This document shows, one piece after another, positions 50,779 through 63,534 of a DNA stretch of 64,000 nt. The translations under genes and the position numbers were made by a program. This DNA is from Paraspadella gotoi (lineage: Eukaryota; Animalia; Chaetognatha): the NCBI GenBank assembly GCA_051294375.1, contig CM119267.1:24172111-24236110 (forward strand), in the 5' to 3' direction. The notes beneath the pieces were generated by a model. It was not told the DNA's origin, ran no database searches, and was given only the letters and a program-made list of their open reading frames with translations. Position 1 is the first letter of the stretch. Each line of letters opens with the position of its first letter.

Positions 50779-50926
50779 GAGAGAGAGAGGAGAGAAGAAA
50801 GAAAGGCAGAGGGAGAAAGGAGAGACAGAGAAAAAAAGTAAGTTGAAAACATATATTAGTAAATATAAATATTAAACAAAGATGAAAGGTGAAAAAAAGA
50901 GAGATAGTAAGAATGGAGAAAAGAAA

Positions 50927-51005
<79 letters not shown>

Positions 51006-52240
51006 TCAGTCTGTCTCTCTCTCACCGTTTCCCTTATCGCTCTCTGGAATCGCCTCTTCGCTGCCAGCGCTGACGCTTCTGAATACGCTGCTGCTGCTCC
51101 GCGGCGTATTGTCGACCAAGACCTGGCTGCCCGCCATGCAGCCGACGCCGCCCTCGCCGCTCCACTTGTAAGAGGGCGGATCGTCGAGGAGAAGTGAAGG
51201 GGAGGAGTCGGCCTGGCCGGACGCGATGGAGCTGGATTGAGAGGGGATCGAGGGAAGGGGATCGAGGGAAGGGGATCCAGGGAAGGGGATCCAGGGATGG
51301 GGATCGAAAGATCGTAATGAAAATTGGGATCGAAATGAAAATTTGTATTGGGGATCGAAGTGAGAAACTAACTGGGGATCGAAGAGATGTTGGGGGATCA
51401 AAATGGGAATCGAACCGGGGATAGATTTGGGGATCCTTTTGTTAGGTTTGATTTGATTTCGAATGTGGAATGGAATTAACTAAAGTAAATTGATTTTATT
51501 TAAATTCGAAATAAAAGGGAATCAATACGTGAACTTTTGATCAAAATTTGTTCAAAATACGATTTAAGATCACGATGGTAATTTTCTTGTATAACTAAAA
51601 AAAATTTGAAGGATCAATTAAAAGATTTAAGTAAAGATCAAAATAAGTTTTTAATCCAAATAGTAATTAGCTGAAATAATGCATATAAATGGATCCCCAT
51701 TTAGGAGAAAATTGTATTAATAAATAAATTAAATAAATAAATAAATAAATAAAATAAATAAATAAATAAATAAATATATAAATAAATAAATAAATAAATA
51801 TATTAAATTAAGTTAAATAAAAAACTTTTGGAAAAAAAAAGTATTGCAAAATTAGCACAAATGAGCAAACGTGCATGAAAAACGTCGACACCAACCAGTT
51901 GATTTCAATTACAATCAACCAAATCAACTACAGTCAAATCAATCAATCACTCAACTCTTCGTTCACTGATTCGTCGTTTATCCACAGTCGAGGTCGCGCG
52001 ATCGAACCCACGAAGTAATTGTCTTTCGTTGTTGGATTTCCTAACACGATCGTCGGTTCCTTGACGGGGCTTCCTCTCGCCTGGAATGATCGATTGATTG
52101 ATTTTTTGATTGATTGATTGATTGATTGTGAAAAGAGATCTCTCCATCTTTATTTTCTCTAGCCTACCTTCTCATCTCTTCTACTTTTGTTCCCCCCATT
52201 CTTTTCTCTCGCTCTCCTCTCCTCTCTCTCTCTCTCTCCT

Positions 52241-52280
<40 letters not shown>

Positions 52281-52438
52281 CTTTGGAACGGAATCGTCTG
52301 ATTGTAAGTCAACTGTTCCGACTTGAATGACAACAGTCGCGTTTCCTTTTCTCGGAATTCGGAAATCGACGCCGAAAAGTCGGGGTTCGAGTCCAACCAC
52401 CCGGGAAGAAGTCTTGGGTGGAGGACGGCTCGAGGCTT

Positions 52439-52474
<36 letters not shown>

Positions 52475-52477
52475 AGA

Positions 52478-52532
<55 letters not shown>

Positions 52533-52600
52533 GAGGAGGTGAAGAGAAATAAGAAAGAAGTAGGGAAAGCTAAATTTGTTACCTCTCAATGAAGAGTTAT

Positions 52601-52637
<37 letters not shown>

Positions 52638-53646
52638 CCAACCTTTCTCCGCGAGCGCTAATTCGGATCGGTTGAACTTGAATGTGAATTGAAGGATCGA
52701 TGACCATTAAAAGTGGAAAGGATTCGTCGTATTGTTGACCTGAAGGAGGAGGAGGAGGAGGAGGAAGAGAAGGAAGCCAAGTAGAAAAAGAGAAAAGAGA
52801 ATAAGAGGAGAATAGATGTAATGCAAGGAAGAAGCGACATAAATAAAGAGCAGAAATATTACGGATCCCTGATCTGATATTTAAACGACCAAATCTTCAC
52901 AAAAAAAACTTGACATGACATAATTTGACGTCATAAGACACGAATGGTTCCAACATGACACGACAAGGCTATAACCTTAATAAATAAACATATTCGAAAA
53001 ATATAACTTCTAAGAAAATCGCAATAAAAAGATCTGAAAATAATTTAAACTGCTGCAAAATGGAAATGAGATTTAAGAGATTTGAGAGTTTAATCTCATT
53101 GACCTTCTTTCCTGTTAGACTTGACGCTGACCGCCGCCCGAAAATTGAACGACTTCAACTTTTGTCCTTTTGTTAATCGAGCCGAGTCGCGCGGTTTCGC
53201 CGTCAGTTTCGCGTCGGCGCCAGAGAAGTCGAACCTGCAGGAGTCACTGGAGGATGCTGGAGTGAGAGATGGGATGGGGGGATGTGTCTCTGTTTCTCTC
53301 TCTCTTTCTCTCCCTCTCTCTCTCTGCCTGTTTGTCTTTCTTTCTACCTATCTTTTGGCCTGTCTGTCTGTCTGTTTGAATTTAAATACGCCCGGGTGCA
53401 GTCGGTTTTATACTCTCTCTCTTTCTCTCTGACTGTTTGTCTTTCTGTCGGTCTGTATTTTGGCCAGTCTGTTTGAATTTAAATGCGCCCAGTCGGTTTT
53501 ATATTCAATGTATCTCTTTCTAAAACAACAACAACAATAACGACAACAACAGAAACAACAACAACAACAACAACAACCAGACCTCTCTCCCAACTCGTGA
53601 ACACAATGACGCAACGAAGAATGAGTCTCCAAAGTTCGGATCCCAT
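48719..53646 (-). CDS. Array gene F: compact LamG/ConA-like membrane protein, several 1-nt frameshifts as assembled
   Basis: Probable first exon MGSELWRLILRCVIVFTSWER; SCRFDF..LKSF (53257-53104); IQVQPIRISARG (52739-52643); DFFPGW..ATVVIQVG (52435-52281); IVLGN..YFVGSIARPRLWIN (52081-51950); LLLDDPPSY..GC (~51200-51026); CGATC + TM (~50670-50559); NVNN..poly-R tail (50062-49861); acidic exon 49159-49032. Confidence 0.65.
50409..50561. repeat. 17-bp tandem repeat x9, each unit containing a minus-strand AAG|GTGAG donor
   Basis: Unit AATCCAGTCTCACCTTT counted 9 times. Confidence 0.9.
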
Positions 53647-54285
53647 TACGTCATCGCGGCGACCAAAGACGACGACGACGACGACGATGACGACGATGAG
53701 AACGACGACGACGACATTGAAGACAAAGGCCGATGCAAACTAATTTCTATTCGGAATTCCATCGCGGTAAACGCTCGATCTATCGCATTAAAACCTCCTC
53801 GATTTTTTACGATTTTTTTTTTTCGTTTCGTTCTCACTCGACAGATGGAAACCTCGTGCAGCGTTGCCTCTGGAGTTGCCTTTTGTTCGAGCCGAAGTTT
53901 TGAAATGAATTTTGTCTTTTAGTACTATGATTATGATTCCGTTTGATGTTTTCAGATGGCAGGATAGTCTAAGCGAAGGAGAGCCTTTCTAAAAAAAAAA
54001 AACATTCCACTAATTTTTTGCATAATTTGCTTTAAATAAGTTGAATATTTTTCAAATACTGATTTCTGAAGTTCATAACAAAATGGCGGGAAATACTAAG
54101 CCTTTCTTAAAAAGAAAATAAAAAACAAAAGATATAATTATCAAAATTCATTTTAATAAAATTGAATTTAATTAAAATACATAATTATTTCGTGATGTTC
54201 ATAACAAAAAATAAAGCACAAACTTCGTAATAAAATGGAAGATGCCTTTTGAAAACTCAATGTTCCCTTAAACTATCTTCATTTC

Positions 54286-56749
54286 TCAAAGATCTCTCCT
54301 GTCATTCCCCCTTCCTCCTCCTCCTCCTCCTCCTCCTCCTCCCCCTCTCCCCAACACCTCCATCGTCTTCCTCACCGCCTCCTTCCACGCCTCCTTCGCC
54401 ATCCTTCCTTCCCGCGTATCCTCTCCCTTCTCCTCCTCTTCTTCTTCTATCTCCTTCTCTATCTTCTTCCACATCCTCCTATCTTCCTCTTCCTCTTTCC
54501 TCCTTCTCAATTCCTCTTCCTTCTCCTCGGCGACGATGCGACGCCAAACGACGATGGCGAGGCTGCGTCGATTCAACTCGCGGAGGCGATCGAAATTTCG
54601 GCGGCAGGGGGCGCCGCAAAAGGTGAGTTCGTCTCCGGCTTGAGTTTCGTAGGAAGGAGTTTCGTAAGAAGGAAATGGGAGAAGTTGGTAAGTTTTGGAA
54701 AGTCAGCGATGGAATTCCGTTAAGGTGAGTTTGGAGACTCGATGTTAGGATTTGAAAGTCAGTTGTCGTGTCATGCATACTGGGAGATCCAGCTCTTTTC
54801 GGAATGTTAAAAAATTCATTTGGATGGGTAAATATTGATATAATTGAATAAAATTTGGTATAAAATTACAAAAATTTTAAAGACAGGGCATTCTATAAAA
54901 AAAATCTACCCTCAACTTGCGAAATTGTTTAATTAATAGCAAGCCTGCTGCGAGGGGGAGTCGGCTTTGGCTTACAGGGGGCATACAAATTTTGTGTAAA
55001 TGTTTTGTTGCTTCATTTTAAAATCCCTCTCTTTCAATAACGGATCTTAACTTTTGTCTAACTTCTTTCCTCAACCCTCACCCTTAGTCACTCACCTTGA
55101 CGAACCTTCGGCCGCTCCTCATCCTCATCCTCCTCCTTCTCCTCTCCCTCCTCCGCCATCTCGACGCATCTCACGCCGGAAGCGCTTCCGGTGACGTAGG
55201 AAGCGGGATCGTCGAGAAGAAGACGATCTTCGTGGGCGGACGTCGAGTTGGCGATGATGTCTCTGGGTTTTATTAGGGTGGAGTTAAAGGAAGTAACGAG
55301 ATTAGGCGACACTATTATTCAAAAACGCACCATTTCTGTTCCTTGAAGATTAAACCCTTATCTTGTACCTAATCCTCAACTTAATCTCTAACCCTAATCC
55401 TTTATCCAACCCTAATCATTAACGCTACTCAGTACTCACTAACCCCATAATCCATAAGGGTAATCTTTAACCTCATACCCTAACTCTAAACTCTAATCTC
55501 TTAATCTCATCCCTAACTAAATCTCTAACTCTAATCCCTAACTCTAAACTTTAATCTCTTAATCTCATCCCTGACAAAATCTCTAACTCTAATCCTTAAC
55601 TCTAAACTCTAATCTCTTAATCTCATCCCTGTTAAAATCTCTAACTCTAATCCTTAACTCTAAAATCTAATCTCTTAATCTCATCCCTGACAAAATCTCT
55701 AACTCTAATCCCTAACTCTAAACTCTAATCTCTTAATCTCATCCCTGACAAAATCTCTAACTCTAATCCCTAACTCTAAACACTAATCTCTTAATCTCAT
55801 CCCTGATCAAATCTCTAACTGTAATCCCAAACTTAATCCTGAAACAGATATTCCATTCCCCCTAGGTCTAAGCTCTGATGAAAAAAGCCAGAGGTTTTTT
55901 TAATATATTCTTATTCTTGCCAATGTAGAATGATGGCAATATTGCTATTGTTAAGTTTCAAAAAAATCCTACCATAAATATAGAAAATATTAACCAAAAT
56001 CTTCGGAAAATCCACCCCTTCTTTGGAAGATTTTTGCCATAGAAGATTTTTCCCGAATCTGACTCCCGGTTGAAAACTCTGAGAATTCCGATTGTTAGCT
56101 CCTCTTTTACTTTTACTTTAAATAAAAATTTTATCAAAATGGACTAATTCACTTTACCATGATTGTATCATATTAAAATAACCAAATAAAGTATAAAGAA
56201 AAATTTTGAGAGCCCTACAGACACTTAGCCAGAGGATTCCTGAGTTTGACGTCATTTGTTGAACAGGAACATACCTCAGTCACGTTTATATCGTTTTCAA
56301 GGAAAAAAATCCCTTTCATTTTTATATAAAATCATAGATGGAAAATTTTTCCGTCCAGAAGCAGTCTATTTGTTCTGGTTTGTTTGATATCAAGATGTTG
56401 ATGATTTGACAAGAGAAAAAAAATGAGAGCCCTTCAGATACAACAGGACTGGAATCAAGTATTTTTACATCGATTTTTTACCAGAATTTTTCCCAGGAAC
56501 GTTTATATTGTTTGGTAGTCAGATTTGAACAAAAATCTCCATTGAAAATATCTTCCCCGATCTCTAAGAGCGACGTCGGCTTCTATTCCCCCTTTTTTTT
56601 AACCAACGCCACGACCACAACCGCGGCCTAAAACCACAACCGACTCGTGGGCAAGTCCGTTGGCGTTGACCCACAACTGAAGTCTTGAGGCGGAGCCTTT
56701 AAAGGAAGAGGTTCCCTCGTAGAGTTTGTAACCGATCTCTGAGAGAGAG

Positions 56750-56792
<43 letters not shown>

Positions 56793-59043
56793 CCATCATC
56801 CACTTATTTCATTTAACAAACTTTGATCCATTCAGTCATGTGAATATGAATATGAATTCTATAACATATTGTATTTTGATGCTAGTGCGGAGTACAATAA
56901 GTTTTCCCCGATCTAATACTTAAGGGAGTGGTCTTTTCATACAATTGAAACATTCTTTGAAATATTTTCCACTTCATTGATAGGGAAGCCAGGTACTCTG
57001 GGAGTGAATAAACGGGACTGTGAGAGAGTCTTGATTGAAAGCTTGCAGGGACCTGCTATGTAATTATCTTGTAAGAGTGATGGAGGCCTTAAACCACCAA
57101 AGCCTGTCCAAAGTCAGGGGCAAGATAGCTTATTTATTAAATGAATGGATAATTTTTATATTGGTTGTACCAATTTCATATATATTATATAACCTATTAC
57201 TAATTTTATAAACCTTCTGGCCGCGCGGGTCGATTTCCCATTTGAAAAAAAGGCCGCCAGATGTCTATCTCATGTTGAGGACCCTGTCAGGAAAAAAATA
57301 TACAAATAAATCGTTGTTCAACTAATTCAAATTTTGCCTCTAATAACCTTATGTTTTTGGTCAATATTTTTTGCGGCCATTTTTACCATTTCTTATTTGT
57401 TAACATCGACAAAGTTAATAACGAAACAGGTCCGTCCATTCAATATTTTAGTATAAAATATAGCGAAATAAGTCAATTTGTATTTATCATACCACGACAT
57501 TTACAAAGAAACAAAACAAAATAGCGATAAAAAATATGAAAAAATAAAACAAAAACAAACCGAACAGAAAACTGGAAACCTTTGGGTCGAGATAAGCGGG
57601 CCCGCTGTAGGTCCTCGTCTCCCCGACCCAAATTTCTAGGTTTACTGTAGACGAATCGAGACGACGCAAGTTGATGTTGAGGAATGATGGAGACAGAGTC
57701 ATCCATCCGGGGAAACGGTCGTCCTCGATTGGAGACAGAGACCGGAGAAGCCTGACAAGAGAGAGAGAGAGACAGAGAGAGAGAGATATAGGGAGTTCGA
57801 GGGAAAGGGTACAGTAGCATCCTTCTAGAATTTCTGAGACGGCAACCTCTGTAACTAGGACGGTCTCGCTTTGCCAAAGCAGAGGGAAGTCGTTAGGACT
57901 GTGGATGGATGGTGTGTTCTCCCTCTGAACCAATGGATTTGGCTGAAAGATGGTGGACGTGAGACGGTGTGAATATACCGCCACAGGTCCTTAATTTTAT
58001 AATATGAAGCCTTCTGTATTTATCTCAAGTCTCGCCAAATTACGACTCAGAGACCAACAAGATAACCAGAAGACGATTTGGCTGAACGCATGAATTTTTT
58101 GTTTCCCCCAAAAAATTTATATAATTTAATTTGACCTAAATTGTTTTGAAAATCATTTGGCCGAGTGCTTAGCGCGCCGGATTTCAACGTTACGAAGAGG
58201 TTTCGGGTTCAAATCTGGCTTAAGTTTCTTTTTACCATAAGTTCTGATGTCCCAAAATTGGTCGTCGAGCAATTGCTTACCGAAGACAATAGCTCTCGGT
58301 CAAATTATCATTTGTACTTGAGTTACAGAGCTTGCCGTCTCAGAAATTCTAGATGGATGCTACTGTAGAAGAGAGAGATATATATATATATATATATATG
58401 AAATTGGTACAACCAATATAAAAATTATCTATTCATTTAATAAATAAGCTATCTTGTCCCCGACTTTGGACAGGCCTTGGTGGTTTAAGGCCTCCATCAC
58501 ACTTACAAGATAATAACATAGCAAGTTTCTGCAAGCTTTCAATCAAGACTCTCTCACAGTAAGAGATGATTATTTAATTTGATCTAAAATTAAATTTAAT
58601 TTCTCAATCTCATTTACATATTGTAGTATTAAATCTGTATCTATTTTCATTTTGGATATAATATAAGTTTTGTAGAGAGTGAGACAGAGAGAGAGAGAGA
58701 GAGAGAGAGATGTCTAGAATGCACTAGATTCTCACCGTCTTCCTAAAAGAAGAATTCTCAGAGGCTGAACTCTGACGAGGACGTGGGCGACCGGGGAGCT
58801 GCTCTCCAGCATCGCGAAGAAGGGAAGGGATTCGCGGAAAGGCTCTGTCGAGGGTTATGGGGGGATCCAAGGGGGGTTGGGGTATCAAAGGGAATTGAGA
58901 GATTAGTTATTCGAGGATTAGTTATAATGACTTAATTTTAAAGACATTGTAAAAATGTAAGATTTAAAAAAAAGATTATGTCAGAGAGAGATTATTATCG
59001 CCAATAAAATTGTTGAGAAATTCCATTGCTGGCTAAAAAAAAT

Positions 59044-59088
<45 letters not shown>

Positions 59089-59512
59089 ACCTCCCTCGAC
59101 TCTGGGAGAATCAACGGACAACTTGACCCAAAGGTTGAGCGTCTCCAGCTCTGACTGCACCGATTGCATCAATGACTGCATCGCTCGCGGACGTGCGAAC
59201 AGCGTCAGGGATTCCGTGGAGCCAAGGCTGAAGTTGCAGGTGGCGGCCGAGGCTGAGGAAGAAGAGGAGGAGGAGGAGGAAGAGGAGGAGGATGAAACCA
59301 AAGGAGGAGAGGAGGAGAGAGGGGAATCAAAGAAATTAGGATATGGGGAAAATTATGAAAAATGGAAAGTTAGTAAATTAAAGAAAGGACAGGAAAATGA
59401 CTTAAGAAGTTAATATTTGTTGTATTTGCAATATGTTTTTAATTTATTTTTGTTTACCTTTTAAAATTTCTCTGCCAGACATAAAGAGGAGAAAAAGGAG
59501 GAAAGATAACAT
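54286..59512 (-). CDS. Array gene D: LamG/ConA-like protein (exons 59512-59458, 59252-59091, 58844-58736, 57751-57580, 57284-57215, 56738-56604, ~55260-55096, 54638-54286)
   Basis: Signal peptide MLSFLLFLLFMSG; TCNFSL, VRVQPLRILLLG, DRFPGWM, FFQMGN, SFKGSASRLQLWVN, LLLDDPASY..RC, CGAPC; TM after CGAPC disrupted, probably by indels. Confidence 0.7.
55480..55830. repeat. ~59-bp tandem repeat in a degenerate (CCCTAA)-like tract
   Basis: About 6 copies of CTCTAATCTCTTAATCTCATCCCTGACAAAATCTCTAACTCTAATCCCTAACTCTAAA-like unit. Confidence 0.85.
56923..57185 (+). mobile_element. Longest copy of dispersed repeat R2 (at least 8 copies in window)
   Basis: Other copies at 16476, 20911, 25850, 32716(-), 39337(-), 42696, 47438(-), 58398(-); variable 5' truncation, most sharing the 3' end TTGGTTGTACCAATTTCAT. 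Confidence 0.75.
58398..58560 (-). mobile_element. Repeat R2 copy
   Basis: Reverse complement of 57020-57180, adjacent to a (TA)n run. Confidence 0.75.
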
Positions 59513-59718
59513 CGTAGCCTTGAATAGAAACTCTAATTCGCCGCTGACGAACACAACGTAAAAATTTTAACGTCGAACGGCGGTATCGATTCATTTTAAA
59601 GACTCGATTTTCTTTCGATCCTCAACGCGATTCACATCATCGATCCGAATTCACTGGACGCGAGAAAATTTTACTCAAATTAGAAAAAGAAATTACAACA
59701 TCTCTATAACTTATTTAT

Positions 59719-59790
59719 AGGTCCCACCGGGATTCGAACTCGGATTACAGGATTCAAAGTCCTGCGTGCTAACCATTACACCATGGAACC
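59719..59790 (-). tRNA. tRNA-Gln, anticodon TTG
   Basis: Reverse complement GGTTCCATGGTGTAATGGTTAGCACGCAGGACTTTGAATCCTGTAATCCGAGTTCGAATCCCGGTGGGACCT: 72-nt cloverleaf, A and B boxes, anticodon loop CT-TTG-AA. Confidence 0.95.
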
Positions 59791-60118
59791 ATGATTCTTA
59801 AGTTATTTGCGACCATTTTAATTAAAATATTTTTTTTTCTCTTTATCAAATCAAAACAAAATTCAAAGAGGAAAAACTCAAAATTTAAAAAAAATTCGAA
59901 ATCAAATTTTTCGAATAAAAATCTTGTGATCTTTTGTTGAGACGATGAGGACAGAGTGAGCGGGGCCAATACTGCTTGGGCATCCGGCATCCGGCATCGC
60001 TTTACATTCTCTTAAGAATCCTGAAAAAGTTAAGCTCTTCCTTAAATAATCGACGACGACGACGACGACGNNNNNNNNNNCGACGACGACGACGACGTTG
60101 ACCTCAGTCAAGACTTAC

Positions 60119-60221
60119 AATTTTCGATGGTGGATGTGCTGAGAGTCAAACTGGATTTTCTGCCGTCTGTAAATAAATAATTAATTAATTAATTAAATAA
60201 ATAAATAAATAAATAAAATAA

Positions 60222-60300
<79 letters not shown>

Positions 60301-60309
60301 AATAACAAT

Positions 60310-60347
<38 letters not shown>

Positions 60348-60936
60348 CCTGCACTCTCCCTCACCAATCCACGCCGGCGGTTGCCGCGTCGCCGCCGCCG
60401 CCACCGCCACCGCCATCGCCTCGGGGGAGATTTCTCCGGTGCCTGGCGCCGCCCTCGCGGGTCTCGGCTCCTTTTTCCGACGCCGCGGCGCCCTCTCCCG
60501 CCAGTCCATCGCCGCGAGGGACGACGTCACCGACCTGGCTCGTCCCGGCGCCGGAATAGAGGACGCCGTTCTCTTCGGCGATACCGTCGACGACCCGCGC
60601 GACGCCGTTCGCCTCAAAGCGGCTCGCTCGACGGCGCCGGCCGAACTCCGGCGTCGCGGTGGATCGACGCCGGAACGTCGGCCGTCGTCGCCGATACCGA
60701 AGAGAGTTACGCCGGAGACGGCGTCGCACGAGTCGACATTTCGACGCCACAATTGACCCTCGACGACTGAATCGACTGAAGGGGGCCGGAGAACATTATT
60801 ATCGGCTCGATTTTCGTCGCCGGTTCCATCTTGGCGTTGGACGGCGTTTTTTGCGTCGCTCAGACGTTGGTAGGCGGGGCCTCTGTTCAGGTTTACGTTT
60901 TTTCGACCGGTGACGACAGCTTTGCCGCCGCTGCTG

Positions 60937-60968
<32 letters not shown>

Positions 60969-62771
60969 CTTCTTTCCCAATCCCTTCCAACGGAAACGGA
61001 AGCGTCTCCGCCGGCGGTTTTCGGCGTTGTTGTTCTGGCGAAGGAAAAACAATTGGCGGGAAAATCATCTTTTGTTTTCAAAGAGATTACAAGTTTTATG
61101 GGCGTTTTTTTTTTTCGAGAGCGCCCCATCTCTTATTCCTAATCCCTAAACCTTATTCTTATACTTTTAATCTAATCCGTAATCCCAAACCTTACTCCAT
61201 TGAACAATGAACTTAATCCTTCACTAAGACTTTCCCTTATTCATCCCATAACCCCTTACCAATTCTATTATCTCACCCTAACCAATTTAAACCTAATCTC
61301 ATTAGAAACCCTGGACCCAAAATGAGACAAAAAAAAAAACAACAAGAAAACAAATCGAAACATAAAAAAAAATAAACAAAAACAATTGTCTGACCAGCGA
61401 TCCTTCCAATGCCTCTAGGATTCCAGCCGCTCCATCCTCTTCCGCTGCCTCGAATCCAAAGTAGACGATGGCGATGATTCCGCATAGAGCTAAGACCCCG
61501 GCGATGATGAGAACCTTGCAGGTCGCCGAGCAGATCATGCGATTCGTGATTGGGGCAACTGTGGGAGGGAAAGGGAGAATCTTCAACCCAAATCAAGGAA
61601 TCTGACTCAACGGACCCTAAGTTCGACCCGAACGCCAAGCAATCGAACTCGTTGTATGAGCTTTGGTTCCGTTTCCCCCGCTGTGATTTCCCGGCTTCCG
61701 GCCTCCCCTCCCGTTCGCCGCTCCTTTCTCTCGGCACGGCTCGGCCGACGGATTGTTCACGTAGAGGCCCGGGTCGGAGGCCACCGCGGCCGGGTTCTTC
61801 AACATCTTTCTGAAAGGAGGTTGGGGGAAGGAGGAGGAGGAGTGTGATGTCATGTCACGTCATGTCACGGGAAATACACGTGAAAATAAAGTCTGCAGCG
61901 CAACACATTGGATGAACAGATCTCGTTCTTTTTTCATCTTTCGCTCAATTCATTTTTCCTTTCTTTCATTCTTTCATTCTTTCTTTCTCTCACTCCCGAT
62001 TGATGTCACTCGGGTTGTTGATCCAAACATAAAGATCTGAGACGGAACCGACCAAAGGTTCTTTGTACGAAGATTTGTCGTATCCCTTCACTGAATAGAG
62101 GCAAGATATATTAATTAGAATATTATAAGTATTCATAAATTTGACTGTGAGATGATAACATAGCAAGACTTTGCATGATTTCAATAATAGTCAACTCATC
62201 AGCGTCAATAGAGACCACTGCTATTATTGTTGTTACGATCGTTTATAATAATTGTTTTATGTTTTCATTTTCTCTCAACGCCCCCTATCTAAGCCTCCCC
62301 CCCGCCCTTAACTTACCATGACTCCAAGATGGCGGATTTCCGACGAAAAATCTTGGCACAGTAACGTTTTTGGCAGTAACATTGTTCTAACAGGAATTAT
62401 TATCAAAAATTAATTTTAATAACGAGTTTAAGTGGCCGTTGTTGTCGCAGTTTGACGAACACACAGAGGGAAAGATGAAAAACATAAACCGCAAGATAGA
62501 CTCATGTTAGTTTATCATTCTCTCTCTCTCTCTCTCTCTTCAGTTAACATCCCCCAATCAAGAATTGCAATGCAATGATCCACCCACAACGGAATTGAAT
62601 TTGACGTCGTCTTCAAAAGTCTGCAGATTCCCCAAATAGATTTCCACATTGACTGCGTTCTGACGCGAATCTTTACGTTGATGTTGAGCACTGTGGGGAC
62701 GGACGAGAGCCAACCCGGGAACATGTCTCCGGCGTTGCTGGTCACAAGTCTGAGCAGAGAGGGAGAGGAGG

Positions 62772-62838
<67 letters not shown>

Positions 62839-63399
62839 TGGATTAAGATTTCAGAAAAAAATCATTTCTTTTCCAATTATATATTTTTTCCCCTAATTGT
62901 ATCATCTGTTTAGCCAGTGTAACAAATCCTTATAATGATTAACAATGTCACAATTTGTCAACGATTCTATCTCACACTGTGTCAGTGATTGTCTCTCACA
63001 ATTTGTCAGTGATTGTCTCTCACAATTTGTCAGTGATTCTCTCTCACATTTTGTCAGTGATTATCTCTCACAATTTGTCAGTGATTCTCTCTCACAATTT
63101 GTCAGTGATTCTCTCTCACAATTTGTCAGTGATTATCTCTCACAATTTGTCAGTGATTCTCTCTCACAATTTGTCAGCGGTTCTCTCTCACAATTTGTCA
63201 GTGATTCTCTCTCACAATTATTCAGTGATTCTCTCTCAAAATTTGTCAGTGATTATTTTCTCACAATTTGTCAGTGATTCTCTCTCACAATTACTTTCGA
63301 TCCTGAAGCCAAATTCTTATCGGTTGCACTTGAATCACAAAATGGGCGCGTACTGTAAGGAGAGAGAGAGAGATAGAGAGATAGAGAGATAGAGAGAGT

Positions 63400-63442
<43 letters not shown>

Positions 63443-63534
63443 GTTTAGCTAAATAAATATTAATTAATTATTACAATACTCACCATCTGCTGCGTCGAAA
63501 CAAGCGAAAAGAGGAATCGAATCTTTATGTTTTT
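60119..63534 (-). CDS. Array gene E (5' end outside window): LamG/ConA-like membrane protein
   Basis: DSIPLFA (63534-63484); IQVQPIRIWLQD (63352-63295); DMFPGWL..VNVEIYLG with one frameshift (62748-~62590); FFVGN (~62350); LVGSVSDLYVWIN (62090-61994); ..PC and NHS/NGT sequons (61809-61629); CSATC + TM (61558-61395); NNNAENRRRRR tail (61034-60365). Confidence 0.7.
62945..63292. repeat. 24-bp intronic minisatellite (TCTCTCTCACAATTTGTCAGTGAT-type), about 14 copies
   Basis: Directly visible; the overlapping ORFs are artefacts. Confidence 0.9.

Noticed and set aside
53660-53740. Poly-Val stretch as an additional TM or signal exon
   Set aside because: (GTC)n microsatellite directly after an in-frame stop with no ATG; probably the 5' UTR of gene F.
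54286-54638. Gene D as a naturally soluble, TM-less decoy
   Set aside because: Pieces of a TM similar to gene F's (ISIASA, LAIV, FGV..PR) are present in alternating frames, so indels are the simpler explanation.
55350-55840. Interstitial telomere (also 13230-13450, 26815-26930, 34008-34090, 41560-41750, 61140-61300)
   Set aside because: Only degenerate CCCTAA-like low complexity, with no perfect (TTAGGG)n run.
62945-63292. Regular short repeats as a CRISPR-like array (also 50409-50561 and 38636-38768)
   Set aside because: Head-to-tail with no unique spacers, eukaryotic context, no cas genes.
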